DNA of 64,000 bases from a virus (taxonomy: Duplodnaviria > Heunggongvirae > Uroviricota > Caudoviricetes). A program made the position numbers and the translations under genes. Shown here one piece after another: positions 26,930-36,092 of the stretch (position 1 is its first letter; every line of letters begins with the position of its first letter). The notes under the pieces were generated by a model, which saw only the letters and a list, made by a program, of their open reading frames with translations, had not been told where the DNA came from and did not search any database. The stretch is from IMG/VR virus record IMGVR_UViG_3300018080_000104, positions 67,454 through 131,453 of that record. One strand, given 5' to 3'.

Positions 26930-27229
26930 TGGCTAAAACTATATTAGCCATCTCTGTTCCGCAGAGGATAGACTATTCACAAATCAGCATTACTGGCTCA
27001 TTAGCACATCAAAGAACTAATAGCACTGTAATACTGATTTGTTTTTTAACGCCCCGGCAACTGTAGTTAGACAACAGTGCCGGGGCTCGGCGATGGCCTT
27101 CCTGTTCAGGAGGCCAGGTGTTTTACCAGCTGCGGCGTGATGCAGCTAGTAATTGGTACCCGCATACCATGTAATAATGCCCGAAAAAATGGCGATTTTC
27201 AACCGTTTTTGGGCCAAAAGCGACAACTT

Positions 27230-27502
27230 CTATATGATCTTGTCGACGATTTCACCACGCTTATTGCGATATCGGACGCTTAATTTGGGCGCATTAAGCG
27301 CGTCTTTGATTTTTTGAAGCCTCTTGTTTGGCAGCTTCGTGAGCCGCCTGCGGATTTGATTTGTATCGATGACGGTTTTTGTTCTCCGAGCGCCACAGCC
27401 GCCGCAGCCTCTTCGTGGTTTCTGCTTTTGCAGAAATTTGAATTCCTTAACCAGTGCCTTATTTTTTAGCAGTCTGCTAATAGTATCTTCGGTAACGCGC
27501 AT
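27230..27502 (-). CDS. small basic protein with a CGGCG motif; last gene of the virion operon
   Basis: Start MRVTED after GGAG; RGCGGCG. Confidence 0.6.
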   Translation of the reverse strand: MRVTEDTISRLLKNKALVKEFKFLQKQKPRRGCGGCGARRTKTVIDTNQIRRRLTKLPNKRLQKIKDALNAPKLSVRYRNKRGEIVDKII

Positions 27503-27504
27503 GG

Positions 27505-27966
27505 TCAGGCTCCTCCAGAGATATCGACCGCGGCGCCTGCCACCAACGTTTGGCCCGCGACAATCGATCGTACGAGGGATGCCACTTCTTCCTGAATTGT
27601 CTCCCACGCATCTTCTGCCTGCGACTCAGTATCAACGATAACATCTATATAATCGAGCCGCACTACTTGCGGATCTTGTTCTGGATCTGGTGTGTACCTT
27701 GGATATTGCTCCATGTCCGGCCAAGTACAAACGCCCGAGAGTTCGTACTCGTTCTCGCCGGATTGCGAGTTGGTGCGTACGACAGTATAACGGAATATTT
27801 CATTCTGCATACCACATGCGCCCGACGCGACGACGCGCAGCCGAAAACCGCGATGTCGATTATAGACGAAATCCGACTGGCCCCATTGCTGCAGATGGAC
27901 ACTAACTTCGCCTGGTACACAGCTGGAACTGGAACTGGAACTGGAACTGGAACTGGAATCTGCCAT
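27505..27966 (-). CDS. hypothetical protein with an N-terminal 12-Ser tract
   Basis: AAAGGAGG ribosome-binding site; Ser tract encoded by a hexamer repeat. Confidence 0.7.
   Translation of the reverse strand: MADSSSSSSSSSSSSCVPGEVSVHLQQWGQSDFVYNRHRGFRLRVVASGACGMQNEIFRYTVVRTNSQSGENEYELSGVCTWPDMEQYPRYTPDPEQDPQVVRLDYIDVIVDTESQAEDAWETIQEEVASLVRSIVAGQTLVAGAAVDISGGA
27923..27958. repeat. (CTGGAA)x6 microsatellite encoding poly-Ser
   Basis: Six perfect tandem hexamers read directly. Confidence 0.9.
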
Positions 27967-27996
27967 TGAAAGCCTCCTTTCTGAAATCCGCCAAAA

Positions 27997-28926
27997 TCAA
28001 AATGAATACACCAAGCCACCAAATCGCTGCAACAATTTAGTCTTTGAGTAAGACACGGGAAAGTTGTCGTCCCATTTAGTCCTCAGTGTAATGCAGTTGG
28101 CTTTCAGGCTACGCACCGAGCCAACCACTGTTCCTCTTGTTCTATGACTGGATTTCACTAAATCATAGTGGCGAAGACCGTTCTTCTCCGTACAAGTCTT
28201 GGTTGGATTTGCTTCCCAAACCTTCGCTCGTCTTGGTTGGATTTGGTATTCATTTCCAACCAATTTGTTGCTCTCTACTATCGCACAAGCGTCATGGCTG
28301 TGTTTCTTGGTCAAGCTAAGATTGAGCCGAGTTTGCTTAGTGATGTAGCCGAATGTCGCCTCATACATCAAACCTAACTTTTGTACTTGTTCTCTGAGAT
28401 AGGTCTTGCCAATTTCCACCAAAGAGAAGAACTTGCCATACTTGTATTTTGCGTGATTGAAACCAACTTCCTCAACCTTGACTTTCACGATGTTGAGTCT
28501 TTTCCCTAAGTCCTTGACTACACGCAAGATACATTCTTTTCTTTGTCTGATACTTGGAGCAATCTTTGATCCAGCTCTATTGCTGAACCTTGGTTGGCGA
28601 TTTCTAAGCCGAAACCGTCTGGCTCTGCGATAATTCCGTCTTTCTTCTACTTTCCTGCTCACATCCTGCCTGTGATCCAGTTGAGCGTGAAATACTACTT
28701 CATTGGTCTTGGTGTTCTTGACGGCAATGCCAACATGCTTCGCACCGTCGTCAACGCCAACCTCAAACTCTCCCACGGGATTATCTACCTTGCGGTTGAG
28801 TTGAATCGTGAAGGGAACCACTTGCTTGACCTTGGCTTTACCTTCACGCAGTAGTTTCCTACTGCGTGCTGGATGCGTTGGTAAGAGTGGTTTGCCTTCA
28901 CTGTCTATTACAAAAACAATACTCAT
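27997..28926 (-). CDS. isrB: IsrB-type RNA-guided nickase (PLMP + split RuvC + bridge helix, no HNH), 309 aa
   Basis: KPLLPTHPARSRKLLREGKAKV..VPFTIQL (PLMP/RRXRR), RuvC-I GVDDG, Arg-rich helix RRNYRRARRFRLR, RuvC-II VEE, RuvC-III HSHDACAI; no HNH or Cys insertion. Confidence 0.85.
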   Translation of the reverse strand: MSIVFVIDSEGKPLLPTHPARSRKLLREGKAKVKQVVPFTIQLNRKVDNPVGEFEVGVDDGAKHVGIAVKNTKTNEVVFHAQLDHRQDVSRKVEERRNYRRARRFRLRNRQPRFSNRAGSKIAPSIRQRKECILRVVKDLGKRLNIVKVKVEEVGFNHAKYKYGKFFSLVEIGKTYLREQVQKLGLMYEATFGYITKQTRLNLSLTKKHSHDACAIVESNKLVGNEYQIQPRRAKVWEANPTKTCTEKNGLRHYDLVKSSHRTRGTVVGSVRSLKANCITLRTKWDDNFPVSYSKTKLLQRFGGLVYSF

Positions 28927-28929
28927 TTA

Positions 28930-29100
28930 AGAGTTCTCTCCTTTCGGGATATTGTTGTCCTCGGCCATGTTGCCAACGGATTATCCAGAACTGGACACAT
29001 TCTGGCGTCCTTTATGTTGGCTAACGTAGTTGGACGTTTCACCCAAACAGCAGGGCTTAATTGCCAACTCAGCCTCGAAGCTCTCAAACTACGTTTGATT
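28930..29100 (-). ncRNA. omega-RNA scaffold (boundaries approximate)
   Basis: ACUACGUU (29023-29030); CCAGAA/UUCUGG hairpin (28985-29005) whose loop UGUCC can pair with GGACA of CAUGGCCGAGGACA (28956-28969), the expected pseudoknot; AAAGGAG ribosome-binding site follows. Confidence 0.75.
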
Positions 29101-29177
29101 TTCATGGATTTTCACCGATTTTGGTGGATTTCCATTAGCTGTTATAAGCTCCTTGCAAATGGTAAGGCCTTATTATA

Positions 29178-31163
29178 TCAAGAATGCATTTTTTTGAATA
29201 CACCACCTGGCTGCCAGCCCTGGTCGCCTGTATGGATTTCCTCTAGTCCCCGTCTTGCGGCAGATGAAGTTGCTATGAACTGGTTTTTGTTATTCCAGCT
29301 GCCCATATGATAGCCTGCTTGCCAGAGTTGTTCGCCAATCATATAAGCGCCGCCATTTTGGCCGATTTCCGGATCCGGAATGTTGGTACGCTGTACAACA
29401 TCTCTGGCAATGGCCCAAAAACCTCCGGCCGGAAACTGCACATATTCGCCATTGGGGGATTCATTTCCGTTTCGTGTCTGGAACAGTCGGTTGTGGTACC
29501 ACGGACGGCTCCGAATCCAGCTAACCTGGGCTTGGCTCAGTTTCCAGTAGAACTCAGCCCCGACTATTCGCGCTCCATTGGCATAAACGCTGACAATTTT
29601 TTTGCACAGTTTGTCTAGCCAGGCCGCATCTTTATTTGCAATGGAATCGTCGTCGAACCATATGATCCATTTGTCGGTAATAGGATCATCTTGATCGTAG
29701 AACAGCTGCCGCATGGCCGGATATTTTTTCATGTTTGTCTGGTTGACAATGATTTTGTGTATCTTCTGCTGATCTTTGAGTCGGCTCAAATATTGCAGCG
29801 TTTCGGAACAGACTTCGTTACAGGCTATCCGGATTTGCCTATGCTCTGCTTGCGTTGTGCTCAAAATTGAATTGAGACATTGTTTGTGCAAATGGAAATA
29901 GTTGCCATACATCAGTATGCAAATTGTCACACGGCCGCCAATAATCTTGTTCTTTATCGCTTCTCCGACCGGCAATGTATGGTTATTGAGGCCTTCGAAC
30001 TTGTTGACGACTGTCGGCGGTTTGTTTGCCGCATGGCCTGCGTGCGTATCGTTTTTGATATCTACCTGGAATAGATCCAAAAAAGCTGGAGCCCTTGCCG
30101 GCGGCGGAATTGCTTCAGTCGGCGTCTGCGACAGCGTGCCAGCTACAATCTCTTTGCCGTCAGGGAGGCGGATGCGCGGCGGATCGCCTATGGGCGGCAG
30201 TGTTCCACATTTGTAATAATCCATGACTGCTTCTACCACGTGTTCAGGTTGAATCATATCCAAGCATTTCGGATACAACTGTCCATTATCATCATATACA
30301 GCCGACTTACAATACATACGGTGTTTGTCTTGCTCCAGCTTTGATACTTTATTCTGCCAGCAGCCTTTACGTTCGCAGCAAGGCAGCAACCCTAAAGTAT
30401 GCAAGAATCTATGCGGAACAGGGTGCGGTTTGCAGTGCGGACCGAAAATCTGTTCGTCTACATTACAGTATGCCTCCCACCACCAATGTTCGCGGCCACC
30501 CGCAATGACAACGCACGGCGTATGCAGCGCTGCAGCAATGTGGGCTGCAGCTGTCACATGGCAGATTACACCGTCGGCGTGATAAATCATCCACAACATG
30601 TCACGCAGATTGGTTTTACCCACAACGTTTAATACGCCGGTCATGGGCGGCTGCGTATGCCCCCTGAACAGTGCTCCGTCCTGTACGAAACGAATACCGA
30701 ACTGCCGTAACATGTCTACCGTCTGTTGCCACTTGAGCGCGGACCATATTTTGCAGGTAAAATCACTTTTACCTCCCGTAATGATATACCAATACCGACC
30801 GTCAATAGGCGAATTCTGTTTTTTATAATCGCTCAAATGCAGGTCGCCGTGTGGCTCCAATACAGGCACGTATTGTCCGATTTTTTCGCTCAAATCAGCA
30901 TGGAATGCCGAAATGAAGTGCATCGGTTTTGTATTGGCTTTCGTGATATACTTGCCGTAGTCCAGCTTGAAGGCCTGCATGCCTGGTGTATTATTTCGCC
31001 CTGTTCGTCGGATATACGGATTATTCTTCCACATGGCGCTGCAGGACGTATTGACATAGATATCGTATTCGGGATGCGTCCTTGCCAAATCGCGGATGCA
31101 TGCAGTCATGCAGACAATATCGCCCGGCGCTCTATCGTGCGTTAGTAAAATTGGTCGGCCCAT
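29178..31163 (-). CDS. two-domain glycosyltransferase: GT9 (heptosyltransferase-like) plus GT2-like
   Basis: APGDIVCMTACIRDL, GKTNLRDML.MIYHADGVICHVTAAAHIAAAL.TPCVVI, C.DMIQPEHV; second domain VTICIL..CLNSIL and WIIWFDDDS (DxD). Confidence 0.85.
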   Translation of the reverse strand: MGRPILLTHDRAPGDIVCMTACIRDLARTHPEYDIYVNTSCSAMWKNNPYIRRTGRNNTPGMQAFKLDYGKYITKANTKPMHFISAFHADLSEKIGQYVPVLEPHGDLHLSDYKKQNSPIDGRYWYIITGGKSDFTCKIWSALKWQQTVDMLRQFGIRFVQDGALFRGHTQPPMTGVLNVVGKTNLRDMLWMIYHADGVICHVTAAAHIAAALHTPCVVIAGGREHWWWEAYCNVDEQIFGPHCKPHPVPHRFLHTLGLLPCCERKGCWQNKVSKLEQDKHRMYCKSAVYDDNGQLYPKCLDMIQPEHVVEAVMDYYKCGTLPPIGDPPRIRLPDGKEIVAGTLSQTPTEAIPPPARAPAFLDLFQVDIKNDTHAGHAANKPPTVVNKFEGLNNHTLPVGEAIKNKIIGGRVTICILMYGNYFHLHKQCLNSILSTTQAEHRQIRIACNEVCSETLQYLSRLKDQQKIHKIIVNQTNMKKYPAMRQLFYDQDDPITDKWIIWFDDDSIANKDAAWLDKLCKKIVSVYANGARIVGAEFYWKLSQAQVSWIRSRPWYHNRLFQTRNGNESPNGEYVQFPAGGFWAIARDVVQRTNIPDPEIGQNGGAYMIGEQLWQAGYHMGSWNNKNQFIATSSAARRGLEEIHTGDQGWQPGGVFKKMHS

Positions 31164-31166
31164 AAA

Positions 31167-31367
31167 TCACTCTAGCTGTACGGTTACAGTTTCGGGCATG
31201 CTAAGCCCAGGCAACGGAACAATATCGATAATCAAAACGCCGTCCATCAGTTTAGCACTGCAGACGGCCGGATGCGACGAAACGATGCCTAAAACGGCGC
31301 TGATTTGTGAAGGCAGCGTAGCGTCAACTATTTTCGTATGGTTGTCTACGTTGAATGTTTTATGCAT
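31167..31367 (-). CDS. small hypothetical protein
   Basis: ORF coupled at 31367. Confidence 0.55.
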   Translation of the reverse strand: MHKTFNVDNHTKIVDATLPSQISAVLGIVSSHPAVCSAKLMDGVLIIDIVPLPGLSMPETVTVQLE

Positions 31368-33073
31368 CAGATAAACGCCACATTAAGCGTCCCCGTCGGC
31401 GGCGGACCAGGGTAACCAATATTTACGATGTATACGCCTGCTGGATCGATCCCGCCCGGGCTTCGGAACAATGGAGGATCGTTCGGATCGCTTGTTTCGC
31501 GGATACCGTACTGAATGCCGTCGTATACAATCCAGTAGCTGCCGCCGTCCTGCAGGTATCGTGGTTGTCCTAATGCTTCACCATTGACTGAATATGTTCC
31601 AAGTACTGCCGGCACGACGGGCCCCGCCAGTTCAGTAACTGCTAGCAGTAATAGCGCGCCTCCGATAGACGAGCTAGAAAAGCTAGACGAGCTAAGTGAG
31701 CTAGATAGGCTGGATATCGAGCATATCTCGCATGTACAAACCCAGACGACTTCGCCAAAGAACCGGCCAACAGTGCACGGCGGCGGGCTTGTATTACTGC
31801 TACTAAAAGGCACCCACCAGCCAGTTGTAGCGTCCTGGCACGTTACTGTTTGTGGACAATCGCCGTGAACGACAGGCAATCCGTAGCTGGCGCAATTGCA
31901 TGGACACCATATCCACTGCTCACAATCTGTTTCTAGTAAATCGAGCAAGGGCTCCATTGCGCCACTGCTGGACGGCATGGGCGGTACCGGACCAAAAGAT
32001 GGCTGCGACGGCAAACTACATTGCTCTGGAGGCGGCATCGAACAACTCGGCGCATCAAAACCGGTATCTTCGCAGACGGACCAGGATAATGATACGGAAC
32101 TGATAGACGGTGCCGAAGACGATAAAGAAGAAAACGACGAAAGCGAAGATAACGATGATAATGACGACGACGATATCGAGCTCAATGAGCAGCAGCTGCC
32201 AGTAAAGATCGTTTCGCCGTAAAATCGTCCGACTACGCACGGTACTGGCGCATTGGCATTGCCGCCGCGAAACGCCCAGTAGCCGTCGCCGCTGTCACAA
32301 GTGTCTCCGGCATACGGACATGACAGGCTGCTACTGCCTGAATAGGGATATCCAGAATAATCAGGTAAGCACGGACACCATGACCACGCACCAGCGTCGC
32401 CCGCAGTCTTTTCCGATATGATTATTTCTGGAATGTAACGATCTGCAGGATCTCCACAAACGGTTTTATCAAATTGCCATGCCGCAGGCGGCCAATCTGC
32501 TAGCACATTATCGCATGCCCCTATTGAAGATACTGGCGCAGAGCTACTGGGCGTTGAACAGTTCGGATCGCGCGTCGGACAAAGCGAGATAATGGATATT
32601 TGCCCATAATAATCGCCTGTAATGCACGGCGGACCAAGTGCTTCTTCGCCGGCTAAATATAGCCATGTACCGTCACCGGAGTTTTTGTCGTTGCATCTGT
32701 CTCCCATAGGACACGGTAAAGCGCTCGACGACAGCGACGACTGACAACTGCACGGACACCAAATCCACAACGACGCGGCCTGTTCGAAGCCCAGAGATTC
32801 GCTAGACAGGCTGGGCAGCGAGCTGAACAGGCTGTTCTGTGGCATACACGATTCTAGGCTGTGCTGAATACTGCAGCTCGGTATGGAATATGACGGGCAC
32901 GAGAACAATAACGAGTTTGCAGATGCAGACGGCGGGTTAAAAGAGTAGCTCCATCGAGAAAATGTGTCGATACAATCGTCTAACTCGCTTGGCGACAATG
33001 CAAGCAATGCATGTAATTGCTGTTCTGGACGTAATGCCGCGCTTCCTTGCAGCGTAAGCCGTAATTCTGCCAT
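31367..33073 (-). CDS. Ser/Cys-rich repeat protein, probably virion-associated
   Basis: Three W-x-WCPC...G-x-W...PC-x-x-G-x-(Y/F)(Y/F)G-(Q/E) modules separated by poly-Ser linkers. Confidence 0.75.
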   Translation of the reverse strand: MAELRLTLQGSAALRPEQQLHALLALSPSELDDCIDTFSRWSYSFNPPSASANSLLFSCPSYSIPSCSIQHSLESCMPQNSLFSSLPSLSSESLGFEQAASLWIWCPCSCQSSLSSSALPCPMGDRCNDKNSGDGTWLYLAGEEALGPPCITGDYYGQISIISLCPTRDPNCSTPSSSAPVSSIGACDNVLADWPPAAWQFDKTVCGDPADRYIPEIIISEKTAGDAGAWSWCPCLPDYSGYPYSGSSSLSCPYAGDTCDSGDGYWAFRGGNANAPVPCVVGRFYGETIFTGSCCSLSSISSSSLSSLSSLSSFSSLSSSAPSISSVSLSWSVCEDTGFDAPSCSMPPPEQCSLPSQPSFGPVPPMPSSSGAMEPLLDLLETDCEQWIWCPCNCASYGLPVVHGDCPQTVTCQDATTGWWVPFSSSNTSPPPCTVGRFFGEVVWVCTCEICSISSLSSSLSSSSFSSSSIGGALLLLAVTELAGPVVPAVLGTYSVNGEALGQPRYLQDGGSYWIVYDGIQYGIRETSDPNDPPLFRSPGGIDPAGVYIVNIGYPGPPPTGTLNVAFI

Positions 33074-33076
33074 CCG

Positions 33077-34087
33077 TCAGCCCGTATGGAATGTCATCCT
33101 AACAAACGATAACTGCAACGCCATGTCGATAGTATCTGGACAGCCCGATACAGAAGAGCTAGACGACGATGCTGCGTTGTAGTCCACGGACCACGGGGCT
33201 TCGTTGTAGCAATTGGACAGCCACCAAATTCCATGGATGTTAAATCGGACAACTTCGGGGCTAACTCGTCCGTATATCTGGCTTTGGCCATTAACGGAAT
33301 CCGATCGTAGTAATTCGAGCAATACAGCCTCAATAGGAATTGGTGGCCACAAAGCTGATAAGACTGAATCTACGGCCAAATTGTAGCCGAACCAAGCGTG
33401 TGCTGGCGCATGTCCGCCGAATGAAGAATGGTCAGCAGGGAGCCAGCCAGGCAGCGTGGCATCTGGAACAGTAATGACATGTACGTCGCCCGGTGCCGGA
33501 GAGTTGCATACGCCGGCAGGCGCTGCTGTCAATGCCAGGCTAATATGCTGATGATCTTGTGCCATTATTCGGTTCGTCGGGGTCACCATGACGCGGCCAT
33601 CGCCGAGATTGCGCAGCACGAGTATGCTTGCCGGCGGCGATTGTGTTACAAGCCTGCCTGCAGTGCCGGCAGACAGATAATAACGGCCGGCAACCGGCGC
33701 GCCTGCCACAGCCTCGACCAGCGATACTGTAGCAACGCCGTAAGTTAGAAGCGTTGCAATAGCGCTGCCAGCTTTGCTATAGACAATGCCGACTACGTCT
33801 GCGGAGTCTGCAATAGTGACAACACCAGCGACAGTCGTTGTCGCAGCCATCGCCTTTTCGAAGCGATTGGTAGTGTAATTCCAGTATACCGGCTGGCCGA
33901 CTTTAACAGCCGGGTCAACAGCCTGGTTGCGCAAGAATACTGCTTCGCCGAGCCCGGCTTCGTCGTATATATCCTTAAGGTACTGGATATTGCCTTCCAG
34001 CTGTCTATCCGGACCGCTGACCGATGCTGCCCTGCCGGGAGCGCCGGCCTGAATGTGTTCGATTGCTTCTCTGTATACCACAGTCAT
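33077..34087 (-). CDS. virion structural protein (fibre/cement-like middle region)
   Basis: VGQPVY...A.A....VVGIV...G..TLLTYG...G.YYLS..AG.L pattern; located in the structural operon. Confidence 0.6.
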   Translation of the reverse strand: MTVVYREAIEHIQAGAPGRAASVSGPDRQLEGNIQYLKDIYDEAGLGEAVFLRNQAVDPAVKVGQPVYWNYTTNRFEKAMAATTTVAGVVTIADSADVVGIVYSKAGSAIATLLTYGVATVSLVEAVAGAPVAGRYYLSAGTAGRLVTQSPPASILVLRNLGDGRVMVTPTNRIMAQDHQHISLALTAAPAGVCNSPAPGDVHVITVPDATLPGWLPADHSSFGGHAPAHAWFGYNLAVDSVLSALWPPIPIEAVLLELLRSDSVNGQSQIYGRVSPEVVRFNIHGIWWLSNCYNEAPWSVDYNAASSSSSSVSGCPDTIDMALQLSFVRMTFHTG

Positions 34088-34098
34088 CCTTGACCTCC

Positions 34099-34608
34099 TT
34101 ACGGCACAAAACGGATCTCCGCGCTGACATGTATTTGACCGGCTGCCGGCTTTACCATTTGATCGGCAACAGCATAATAGCCGCGAGCGATGACGATATC
34201 TTTAGTTGCGTCTCCCTCGTCTGTCGCCGATACAAGGGCCAGTCCGTAGACCTTGGAATTGAGCGCATTCGAAAACGGCACGCCGTTGACGCCTGCCGTA
34301 CCTGCTGTCTGCGCCAAAAACGTCAATTCATTGCCGTCGACGCCTGCTGTAAAATAGGCACCATAACCGGCAGCAATGCTTAGTGTCGGATCTCCGAGCA
34401 ACGGTACGCTCAAATAGTCCTTGGGAGCTAACAGGTTTTGGTAGTACGTCAGATCGGCGTACTGTGTGAATACCGGTACGGATACGGCGGTTGCGGGCGT
34501 TGCAACGTTTTCGAATTCGATGTACACCCGATTGATTTTGTACGTGGCATCGCCCAGTCCGAGCGTTTTGGCGATGGCAAAGCCCGATCGAACTAACTGT
34601 GTCAACAT
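34099..34608 (-). CDS. hypothetical baseplate or tail protein
   Basis: ORF downstream of the baseplate wedge genes. Confidence 0.6.
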   Translation of the reverse strand: MLTQLVRSGFAIAKTLGLGDATYKINRVYIEFENVATPATAVSVPVFTQYADLTYYQNLLAPKDYLSVPLLGDPTLSIAAGYGAYFTAGVDGNELTFLAQTAGTAGVNGVPFSNALNSKVYGLALVSATDEGDATKDIVIARGYYAVADQMVKPAAGQIHVSAEIRFVP

Positions 34609-34618
34609 TCCATGTCTC

Positions 34619-36091
34619 CTACCAGATACTGATTGTTCCTAGGATACCCCAGATGTCTCCGGCGATCGGTTCGGCGCCGTAGCCTATTCCTACTCCGCTG
34701 CCGCTCATAGTAACAGAACCGGACAGCAGCGGCAGCTCGATTATTACGATAACGGCTGTGTGCGGCGGCAGGATTTTCCTGAGCCATACCTCAGTCGACG
34801 TATTTAGTGCATCTTCGCTAATTCCGCTAGCCTGTATCACGATTACAATGCAATTGTTTCGCAGGACGTGGGTGACCAGGAACTGCATTGGATTGATCGT
34901 GGTCGGGACGGTCCCGTAGAAGGCCTCCAGGAGCTCGTATAGCGAGTCTCCGTAGACCAGGCGTCTTTGGTGGACTGTGTCCCAGAAGTCCTCCACGTCG
35001 TCAGGGAGGCCGCCCAGCGGCCATTCTACGCGTTCATTGCCGGCCGCTCCGGTGACGGTCACGGCTACGCTGTCGTTTACCCATGATATTTCCCCCTGAA
35101 AGACGGGTGCGAGGAAGCCCTCTGGCAGCGTAATGGCCCCTACGTCCGGAAACGTAGTACCATCCCGAATATCGTACGCCACGAAGGCATCAATTAGCGG
35201 CTGGCCTTTGTAGACAGTGTCTCCGATGGTTACGGTCGCTGTGGCGCCCAGCCTGTGCTCGTAGACGTGTTGATCTGTGATTATCAGCAGGTGCCTGGAA
35301 TCGCTCCAGATGTCCATAACGGTCTCTGTATCTTCCAGGACCAGAGGAATGCCATATATTTCGGCCACCATAGTCTCTACGGGCAGCTGCGAAGTGCCTA
35401 GTACGTGGGCGTCCATAACTTGGTTGATCAGGTTCTTGTACCCTTCGCTTGTATCTAGTTCCAAGCCCAAGACATAGCCGAAATGGTTGTAAACCAAATC
35501 CCAGTCGAAATCTGGCTGGCACAACCAAAGCACGATTTGGGTGTCGGATACAACGCCGTCGCTGAATTCTGTATTCTGCGGGAACAATGTGTTACTGAAC
35601 GGATTCGATACAAACACCAGAGCGCCTTCGGTAGTAATGGTAAAATCGATATCCTTGTGCAATACAACCGAAGGATCGGTAATGCGATTGGTAATGATTT
35701 GCACGTCGTGGAGGTCAATGGAATCGACGACGTCGGCAATGCCTACAGCAGTGCTGGTAATGGTTTGATCGAACGTAAAGCCCGGAGATGCGTCAAAAGC
35801 GGGAAATGTCGGCGAATCGAAATAGAGAACAGCCGTTTCTGCTGTCATGTCGGACGCCATAGCATACAGTGCATACCAGTTGCGACGATGCCAAATAGGC
35901 ATATCGATGCGGCTTATCAGTTCTCCGGCCTGTTTCAAATCATCGAAGGCCTGCTTGGCTATCTGCTGCCTTGCATCCACGCGGGCTTCCAGAAAATCGG
36001 CGCCGGCATAAACGTTCGTCCACAACGATCCGAGCAAGCTCAAAGTCTTGTTCGGGTTGTCGAGATCGTCTGTCGGATATGTCCAGGACAT
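34619..36091 (-). CDS. baseplate wedge protein (tail protein I/gp7-like position)
   Basis: Follows baseplate J; C-terminal WLRKILPPHT resembles the R.L.PAH motif. Confidence 0.6.
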   Translation of the reverse strand: MSWTYPTDDLDNPNKTLSLLGSLWTNVYAGADFLEARVDARQQIAKQAFDDLKQAGELISRIDMPIWHRRNWYALYAMASDMTAETAVLYFDSPTFPAFDASPGFTFDQTITSTAVGIADVVDSIDLHDVQIITNRITDPSVVLHKDIDFTITTEGALVFVSNPFSNTLFPQNTEFSDGVVSDTQIVLWLCQPDFDWDLVYNHFGYVLGLELDTSEGYKNLINQVMDAHVLGTSQLPVETMVAEIYGIPLVLEDTETVMDIWSDSRHLLIITDQHVYEHRLGATATVTIGDTVYKGQPLIDAFVAYDIRDGTTFPDVGAITLPEGFLAPVFQGEISWVNDSVAVTVTGAAGNERVEWPLGGLPDDVEDFWDTVHQRRLVYGDSLYELLEAFYGTVPTTINPMQFLVTHVLRNNCIVIVIQASGISEDALNTSTEVWLRKILPPHTAVIVIIELPLLSGSVTMSGSGVGIGYGAEPIAGDIWGILGTISIW

Positions 36092-36092
36092 G

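Larger units (their letters stand above)
27983..29132 (-). mobile_element. non-autonomous OMEGA element (omega-RNA plus isrB) bounded by a 16-bp inverted repeat; no transposase
   Basis: GAAATCCGCCAAAATC (27983-27998) and GATTTTGGTGGATTTC (29117-29132) match 15/16; the cassette is visibly more AT-rich than its flanks. Confidence 0.7.

Noticed and set aside
27074-27096. Third copy of the 23-bp motif (ACAGTGCCGGGGCTCGGCGATGG)
   Set aside because: Several mismatches, and the matching core is one arm of a local hairpin, so the similarity may be coincidental
27997-28926. IscB, TnpB or Cas9 assignment
   Set aside because: The PLMP domain and upstream RNA exclude TnpB; there is no HNH between RuvC-II and RuvC-III and no CRISPR array, which fits IsrB
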